The notes under the pieces were generated by a model that made no database searches, was not told the DNA's origin, and saw nothing but the letters and a program-made list of their open reading frames with translations. The position numbers were made by a program, and so were the translations under genes. Source: Candidatus Moraniibacteriota bacterium (lineage in GTDB: Bacteria; Patescibacteriota; Minisyncoccia; Moranbacterales; GCA-2747515). Taken from it: a DNA stretch of 64,000 bases. Every line of letters starts with the position of its first letter. Position 1 is the first letter of the stretch. The stretch is from contig CALNYG010000013.1 in assembly GCA_942490825.1 (NCBI GenBank), forward strand, positions 125,281 through 189,280, read 5' to 3'. Shown one piece after another: positions 58,338 to 64,000 of the stretch.

Positions 58338-58901
58338 ATGAATAAAGAAATTTACGAAATAATTTTTTTCGCTAGAGCTGGCCAGGGTGCAAAAAGTGCC
58401 GCTGAGATTTTAGTGCAGGCAGCAATGAAAGAAGGAAAAAACATTCAGGCTTTTCCATATTATGGTCCTCAAAGAAGCGGGGCACCGACTCGTGTTTATG
58501 TTAAAATTTCTGAAAATGAAATTCGTTCTCATGAGCCGATTGAGAGTCCAGATTTATTTGTTGTGATGGATGAAACTTTATTGAAAAGCGATTATGTTAA
58601 AGATAAATTGAGAGACGGTGGTAGAACAATAATAAATACAAGTAAAAATATTGATGATGTAAAAAAAATTATTAGTTGTACTGAAAAAAATATTGATGTG
58701 ATTGACGCTAATAAGATTGCACTAGAGTTGACTGGGAAGGAAAAACCTAATGGAGTTATTTTGGGAAAAATTATTAAGGAGATTAATTTTGTTAAATTGG
58801 AAGGCATTATTAATGAGTTTAAAAATATTTTTGGAAAAAAATTAGGTGATGAATTGGTTGAAAAAAATATTTTGGCGATTCAGGAGGGTTTTAAAAAATA
58901 A
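58338..58901 (+). CDS. porG: Pyruvate:ferredoxin oxidoreductase gamma subunit
   Basis: FFARAGQGAKSAAEIL...FPYYGPQRSGAP motif of the PFOR gamma family. Confidence 0.8.
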   Translation: MNKEIYEIIFFARAGQGAKSAAEILVQAAMKEGKNIQAFPYYGPQRSGAPTRVYVKISENEIRSHEPIESPDLFVVMDETLLKSDYVKDKLRDGGRTIINTSKNIDDVKKIISCTEKNIDVIDANKIALELTGKEKPNGVILGKIIKEINFVKLEGIINEFKNIFGKKLGDELVEKNILAIQEGFKK

Positions 58902-58942
58902 AAAGTAATGTCATTCTGAACAAAAAAATTAAAATTATTCTT

Positions 58943-59227
58943 ATGAAAAAAGATTTAGTAATAAAACATGATTCTGAGAAGGCACCGATCACTGGTGATT
59001 GGAGTGTGAATGAACCTTTTGTGGATGAAGATAAATGTATTGGTTGCGCTAAGTGTGTGGATTTTTGTCCAGACGCTTGTATTTCTTTGAAGGACAAAGA
59101 AAAGGAGATTAATGGAAAAAAGATAATGATGAAGGTTTCAGAAATTGATCGGACTTTTTGTAAGGGTTGTGGTGTTTGTGAAAAGGTTTGTCCTGTGAAG
59201 GCTATTTTTATGAAGCGTAAAAGTTAA
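58943..59227 (+). CDS. porD: Pyruvate:ferredoxin oxidoreductase delta subunit (2x[4Fe-4S] ferredoxin)
   Basis: Two CxxCxxCxxxCP clusters (CIGCAKCVDFCP, CKGCGVCEKVCP). Confidence 0.8.
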   Translation: MKKDLVIKHDSEKAPITGDWSVNEPFVDEDKCIGCAKCVDFCPDACISLKDKEKEINGKKIMMKVSEIDRTFCKGCGVCEKVCPVKAIFMKRKS

Positions 59228-59245
59228 TATTATTAAAAATCCCCC

Positions 59246-59433
59246 AGACATGTCATTCCGGAAGACATAATTTGTTCAAGAGCGTAGCGATTGAATACAA
59301 ATTAGTTTATCCGGAATCTACACTTTAAGTTTTAAGAAATCCTAAGATATAGATTCCGGATAAATTATTTTCTATCTACAAAACGCGATAAATCGACGTT
59401 TCTACAAAAGAAAATATATTTTCCGGAATGACA
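59246..59433. repeat. Miniature inverted-repeat family 1, composite copy (left half of the long form joined to a short-form unit)
   Basis: AGACATGTCATTCCGGAAGACATAATTTGTTCAAGAGCGTAGCGATTGAATACAAATTAG... then GATTCCGGATAAATT...TTTTCCGGAATGACA. Confidence 0.55.
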
Positions 59434-59493
59434 AAAATTTAAGTATGTGTAAATTTAAATATTTTTAAATTATTTGCAATAATAATCTATTTT

Positions 59494-60803
59494 ATGAACA
59501 ATAAAAAAGCATTAACTGGTGGAGCGGCGATGGCGGAGGCTTTACGGCAAATAAATCCTGATGTCATGCCTGTTTATCCAATTACGCCACAGACACCCAT
59601 TATCGAAGGTTTCGCAAAATTTGAAGCGAATGGAGTAGTTGATACAGAAATTATTACAGTTGAATCAGAACACAGTGCGATTTCAGCTTGTGTGGGAGCG
59701 TCTTCAGCTGGAGCACGAGCGGTTACAGCGACCAGTTCGCAAGGGTTAGCTTTGATGAACGAAATTTTATATATTGCCAGTGGAATGAGATTGCCGATTT
59801 TGATGCTGGTGTCGGCTCGGGCTTTGGGAGCACCTTTGAATATTCATGGTGATCATAGTGATGTGATGGGAGCGAGAGATGCGGGCTGGATTCAGATTTT
59901 TCGGAGAATGTTCAAGAGGCTTATGATAATACAATCATTGGTTTAAAAGTGGCAGAAAAAGTTGGTTTGCCAGCTATGGTGGTGATGGATGGTTTTATCA
60001 CTTCACACAGTGTTGAAAATTTGGAAACTTTAACTGACGAGCAAGTGAAAAATTTTGTGGGTGAATATGAACCAAAAGATTCTCTATTGAATTTTCAAGA
60101 TCCGAAGACTTTTGGTGCGGTTAGTTTGCCAGATTCTTATTTTGAATTTAAGGTTGATCAAGAAAAAATGTTGGAAAAAGCGGTGGATATTTTTCAAGAA
60201 GTTTCTGAGGAATATTATGAAATGTTTAAAAATGGTGATGAGAAACGTTTCGGAACGGATTGTAAAATCCATTCTTGCGATGAGGAGGTTGGTTGTAAAA
60301 ATAATGATACTTGCACAGAGAAATGTTTTGAAAGCAGTGGTCTACGACACACTACTTCCGGCGTAGAAAATTTTAAACCTAAAAAGTCGGATGTTTTTGA
60401 ATGTTATAAAGTGGATGATGCGGAAAAGGTTATTGTTGCGGCGGGGTCTGTGGCGGGAACTATTAAGGATGTTGTTGATGAAAAAAGGAATAATGGTGAA
60501 AAAGTGGGTCTTTTGAAAATTGAGCTTTTTCGTCCTTTTCCTTTTGAAAAGATTGCAAGTGTTTTAAAAAATGTTAAGAAAGTGGCGGTGATGGATCGGT
60601 CTTTGGCGAGTGGTTCGAAACCTCCGATTTATTCTGATTTGGCTAGTGTTTCGTTAGAGAAAAATTGTAATTTTTCTTTACGGTCTTATGTTTATGGTTT
60701 GGGTGGTCGGGATGTTTTTGAGAAGGATATTGAGGGGGTTTTTGAGGATATGGATGAGGAAGGTGATTTTGGGGAAGTTAGGTTTTTAGGCTCGGAGAAA
60801 TAA
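59494..60803 (+). CDS. porA: Pyruvate:ferredoxin oxidoreductase alpha subunit, interrupted by a 1-nt frameshift
   Basis: The ORF 59494-59946 carries the N-terminal domain and the ORF 59949-60803 the rest. Reading the T5 run at 59897-59901 as T6 gives the contiguous ...WIQIFSENVQEAYDNTIIGLKVAEKVGLPAMVVMDGF... Confidence 0.8.
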
Positions 60804-60845
60804 AATAAAAATTCAAAAGTTTCTGCTAAGTATGGAGATTTTTTC

Positions 60846-60927
60846 TAATATAAAAAACGGACTGTGAAATCCGTTTATAAATACTTTTAAAATTTTATAC
60901 GGAAGCAGCGGTTTTTACACACTGCTT
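60846..60927. terminator. Two hairpins between convergent genes (AAACGGA-ctgtgaaa-TCCGTTT, and GAAGCAG...CTGCTTC)
   Basis: 7-bp stems flanked by A-runs and T-runs. Located between the porA stop and the minus-strand ORF stop. Confidence 0.45.
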
Positions 60928-60938
60928 CGTACCCTCGT

Positions 60939-61268
60939 TTAAAGGAATGTGTCTCTGATTTTTTCTTGCAGTTCTTGGCTTGGAGCGTCATATATTTTAA
61001 GACCAATGCTACCCCAAGAAATTTCTCGCCCAGTTACTTTGCCTGCAGTCACAACCTCACTTTCTTCCAAATCTGGTGTGAAGTTGCCACAGTTATCGGC
61101 GACTGCGATAATTTCTCTGTGCTGAAGGGTTTGCCCTCCAACTAAGAGTAAATCTCGTTTTTCAAGATAAACAAACTTGTTTGGGTAATGTTTATCTTTT
61201 TGGTAGGGCTTAAACTCTTGTTGGAATTCTCCGTTAACCTTTTTTTCATCTACAAAGAATGTTTTCAT
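60939..61268 (-). CDS. Hypothetical protein (109 aa) inserted between porA and porB
   Basis: Clean ORF on the opposite strand with no recognisable family. Confidence 0.4.
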   Translation of the reverse strand: MKTFFVDEKKVNGEFQQEFKPYQKDKHYPNKFVYLEKRDLLLVGGQTLQHREIIAVADNCGNFTPDLEESEVVTAGKVTGREISWGSIGLKIYDAPSQELQEKIRDTFL

Positions 61269-61346
61269 GCCTTAATTCCTTTTTTAAGTTTATCTTTGTC
61301 AGGTACTTTTTCCTGTTAATATTAACAGGGACCCAACGGTTTACTT

Positions 61347-61370
61347 TACATCATCATTATCATTTTGTCA
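61347..61370. repeat. Solo fragment resembling the outer end of the ISNCY-like element (TACATCATCATTATCATTTTGTCA)
   Basis: Matches TACATCATCATCATTTTGTCA at the IS left flank (4858-4878). Confidence 0.3.
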
Positions 61371-61397
61371 AGTTCAACAAATTTTCACAAAGCTAAG

Positions 61398-61420
61398 AAG
61401 CCCGTGTGGCGTTTGAGCAC
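61398..61420 (+). promoter_or_regulatory. GC-rich motif, copy 7 (degenerate: AAGCCCGTGtGGCGtttGAGCAC), 78 nt upstream of porB
   Basis: Carries a 3-nt insertion and one substitution relative to the consensus. Confidence 0.4.
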
Positions 61421-61498
61421 TGAGGAACTTTTGAGTTATGATATAATTAAAAATAATTAGTCAGTCTTTAAATTTAGAATTTTTAATTATATAAACCT

Positions 61499-62404
61499 AT
61501 GAATAAACAACAAACCAAAAAATTATATCCAGGACATTCAACTTGCGCAGGATGCGGAATACCAGTAATTGTTCGAAACATTCTCGATGCAACAGATGAT
61601 CCAATAATAGTAATAAACGCAACAGGATGCCTCGAAGTAACCACAACAATTCATCCCTACACCTCTTGGAAAGTACCATACATTCACAATGCTTTCGAAA
61701 ACGCAGCAGCAACGGCGGCGGGAGTTGAGACGGCGTATAAAGTTTTAAAGAAAAAAGGAAAAATAAAAGGAAATGTTAAATTTGTAGTTTTTGGTGGCGA
61801 TGGAGGAACTTACGACATTGGACTTCAATCACTTTCTGGAATGTTAGAGCGAGGACATGACGTTTTGTATGTAGCTTATGACAATGAAGGTTATATGAAC
61901 ACAGGAGGACAGAGATCCAGCGCAAGTCCTTTAGGGGCAAATATGACGACAACACCAGCCGGAAAAGAAAGTTTCGGAAATGAAAAATATCGGAAAGATA
62001 TAATGGAAATTGTGAAAGCTCATCATGTTAAATATTTAGCACAGGCGAACGTTGCTTATTTGCCAGATTTGCGGAAAAAAGCAAAAAAGGCATTAGAAAC
62101 GAGCGGTCCAGCTTTTCTTTTGGTTTTTCAGCCGTGTACTAATGTTTGGAAATTTCCAACGTCAGATTATGTTTCGGTAGCACAGTTGGCGACGGAAACG
62201 AATTATTGGCCATTGTATGAAATTGAAAATGGTGATTATAATTTGAATTTAGATGTTAAAAATAAAAAGCCGATTGAAGAATATTTAAAAACTCAAAAAA
62301 GATTTAAGCATTTGTTTGAAGATAAAAATAAGGAGATTATTGAGAGGATCCAGGGGAATGTTGATGAAAAGTGGAAAGACTTAAAAGAAAAAAATATTTT
62401 GTGA
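61499..62404 (+). CDS. porB: Pyruvate:ferredoxin oxidoreductase beta subunit (TPP-binding)
   Basis: N-terminal CxGCG and the TPP-binding GDG...N motif (GGDGGTYDIG...NEGYMNTGGQ). Confidence 0.85.
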   Translation: MNKQQTKKLYPGHSTCAGCGIPVIVRNILDATDDPIIVINATGCLEVTTTIHPYTSWKVPYIHNAFENAAATAAGVETAYKVLKKKGKIKGNVKFVVFGGDGGTYDIGLQSLSGMLERGHDVLYVAYDNEGYMNTGGQRSSASPLGANMTTTPAGKESFGNEKYRKDIMEIVKAHHVKYLAQANVAYLPDLRKKAKKALETSGPAFLLVFQPCTNVWKFPTSDYVSVAQLATETNYWPLYEIENGDYNLNLDVKNKKPIEEYLKTQKRFKHLFEDKNKEIIERIQGNVDEKWKDLKEKNIL

Positions 62405-62515
62405 TTTTAATGGTTTAAGGTAGAATTTAAGAAAGAAGTTGTTTGAAATTTTTTGACAATTAAAAAAGGACATTCTAAGTTCTTTAGAGTGTCCTTTTTA
62501 CCGCCGGTTTACTTT

Positions 62516-62866
62516 TTAAGGGAATATTGGTAATACCAATATAGCAGTCCCTATTCTCTTCCTATGATCGCGATAATCTTCATAAATGTGAATATACCAG
62601 TTTAATGCTTTGTCGTAGCCTTCGATGCTTGTGATGGTGACGTCATGCCATAAGAGTCCCGGCTCATTGTTCCATATTTTTTCCATTATGGCATGGGCAC
62701 TTTCATAATTGCAAACTAATGTTTTCGTTGCTCCAGTCCGCGGAGTAGTCGTTCCAAAACATTCTACTCCCCTGAAATCTTCTGCATACAAGTTCGTGAC
62801 GAAGCAGAAAGTGAGTAAAAAAAACAGGGCGAACACAGAAGCGACAAAAGATTTTCTTTTAAACAT
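62516..62866 (-). CDS. Hypothetical secreted protein
   Basis: Signal peptide (FALFFLLTFCFVTNLYA). 116 aa. Confidence 0.45.
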   Translation of the reverse strand: MFKRKSFVASVFALFFLLTFCFVTNLYAEDFRGVECFGTTTPRTGATKTLVCNYESAHAIMEKIWNNEPGLLWHDVTITSIEGYDKALNWYIHIYEDYRDHRKRIGTAILVLPIFP

Positions 62867-63001
62867 CTTTATTCCTCATAGAAAGAATTTTGTGAACGAT
62901 AATATAACGTCCAAAGAACTACTAAAATTTAACAACACAATCGTAAGAATTAAACTAACTTCTTAACGACTGATTCATAAGTATATACTATAAACAAAAT
63001 T

Positions 63002-64000
63002 ATGTCAACCCCAAAAAGCCCGTGCGGCGAGCACAAAAAAATATTAAAAATAGCAATCGACATTCGGAACATCGGACGCAATCGAACAGGGAGTGAAACC
63101 GTTATTTTACAATTAGTAAAACACCTATTACAAATCGATTCAGAAAATCAATACAAACTTTTAACAGATACAGACGAACAGCAAGTCTTAAATTACATAA
63201 ATGAACATTTAGAATTATCTGATAAAAAAAATGTCGAGGTAATTTCTTTGCAATCCAAAAATAAATTCACTTGGGCGGCATGGACAGTCTGGCGGTGGGT
63301 GAGAAAAAATCCAGTGGATATTTATCATACGGAATATATTTTGCCATTTTTTATGCCAAAATCAATTAAATTAATCACGCACATTCATGACGTTTCTTTT
63401 AAAGTCTATCGAAAACTAATCTCATGGAAGGATATTTTTTTTCTAGACATTTTTATTCCATGGTCAATTAGACGAGCAGATAAAATCATTGCTGTGTCTC
63501 ATTTTACCAAAGCTGAGATTGAAAAATATTATCCAGCTAGTCGTGGAAAAACTGAATTGATTTATAATGCAGTAGCAGATGATTTTGCTGATAATTTTAA
63601 AAATGCAAAAACAAAAGATTTTTTAGCTGTGCGAGAAAAATACAATTTGCCAGAAAAGTATATTTTAGCTTTGGGTACGATGCAACCACGGAAAAACATT
63701 CCATTTTTAGTCAAAGTATATTCAAAAATTTATAAAAAGTTGGACGGTGTAAAGTTAGTTTTGGTTGGAAAAAAAGCACATAATTTTGATAAAGAAATCG
63801 AAAAGGTAATTGAAAAAAGTGATGACGATTTTAAACAAAATGTCATTTTTACGGGCTATATTGATGAAGATGATAAAAATTTAGTGTTTGCAGGAGCAGA
63901 GGTTTTTGCTTATCCATCATTATATGAAGGTTTTGGAATTCCGCCATTGGAGGCAATTTATTGTGGAACTCCGGTAGTGGCTAGCGATATTCCAGTGCAC
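63002..64000 (+). CDS. Glycosyltransferase family 1 (GT4-like), 3' end outside the window
   Basis: KIAIDIRNI start typical of GT4, and an [10 protein letters not shown]...G.PVVASD C-terminal sugar-donor-binding region. The GC motif overlaps codons 5-11. Confidence 0.7.
   Translation, partial: MSTPKSPCGEHKKILKIAIDIRNIGRNRTGSETVILQLVKHLLQIDSENQYKLLTDTDEQQVLNYINEHLELSDKKNVEVISLQSKNKFTWAAWTVWRWVRKNPVDIYHTEYILPFFMPKSIKLITHIHDVSFKVYRKLISWKDIFFLDIFIPWSIRRADKIIAVSHFTKAEIEKYYPASRGKTELIYNAVADDFADNFKNAKTKDFLAVREKYNLPEKYILALGTMQPRKNIPFLVKVYSKIYKKLDGVKLVLVGKKAHNFDKEIEKVIEKSDDDFKQNVIFTGYIDEDDKNLVFAGAEVFAYPSLYEGFGIPPLEAIYCGTPVVASDIPVH
63014..63034 (+). promoter_or_regulatory. GC-rich motif, copy 8, overlapping the annotated start of the glycosyltransferase
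   Basis: AAAAGCCCGTGCGGCGAGCAC followed by an A7 run rather than a T-run. Confidence 0.45.

Noticed and set aside
17941-59901. Programmed ribosomal frameshifting in proS, secA and porA
   Set aside because: None of these genes is known to use recoding. All three shifts are single-base changes at homopolymers that restore the canonical protein, so error or recent decay is more parsimonious.
1857-63034. GC-rich 20-mer as an intrinsic terminator or REP element
   Set aside because: Only a 4-bp stem (GTGC/GCAC) can form, and most copies are upstream rather than downstream of genes. A terminator or REP role is unlikely, so it is reported as a candidate regulatory site instead.
1-64000. tRNA or rRNA genes
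   Set aside because: No GC-rich cloverleaf-like segment with a GTTCGAATC-type T-loop and no rRNA-like conserved blocks were seen. I cannot exclude a missed tRNA without a covariance-model scan.

Overview
This is a low-GC (~30%) window. Its gene content suggests an anaerobic, cell-walled, reduced-genome bacterium; placement in the CPR/Patescibacteria (e.g. Saccharibacteria-like) group is an inference. Most genes are housekeeping genes on the + strand. They include the secY 3' end, thpR, scpA, scpB, a D-Ala-D-Ala carboxypeptidase, mraY, gpmA, a DnaQ-like exonuclease, trmD, proB, proS, a P-type ATPase, secA, dxs, a CaCA exchanger, a DNA alkylation repair protein, a desulfoferrodoxin, pgk, folC, a rubrerythrin, tyrS, a YidD-HAD fusion, the four pyruvate:ferredoxin oxidoreductase subunits and a family 1 glycosyltransferase. 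The accessory content is a 1855-aa surface protein with near-identical internal tandem repeats, many small Cys-rich secreted proteins and lipoproteins, and a membrane protein paired with a DUF87/TraD-like ATPase. There are two insertion sequences. One is ISNCY/IS1202-like at about 4.86-6.35 kb. The other is an IS30-family element at 33.46-34.53 kb with a frameshifted transposase and a 3-bp target-site duplication. Two families of miniature inverted-repeat elements, whose ends begin with ATGTCAT, are present. A 20-nt GC-rich motif, AAAGCCCGTGCGGCGAGCAC, occurs eight times in the window, almost always just upstream of + strand genes. The most unusual region lies directly downstream of secA (33.1-39.7 kb). 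It is a modular cassette array of small secreted-protein genes; the two fully conserved modules share a consensus sigma70-like promoter, a roughly 125-nt leader and a hairpin terminator, and a third promoter copy lacks the leader. The modules are bracketed by paired perfect 24-nt palindromes whose cores are reverse complements of each other. A degenerate duplicate of the secA 3' end lies inside the array, which suggests repeated site-specific integration at the secA terminus. secA, proS and porA each carry a single-base frameshift at a homopolymer, and the IS30 transposase is also frameshifted (next to an A8 run); these look like sequencing errors or recent pseudogenisation. I recognised no rRNA, tRNA or CRISPR array.
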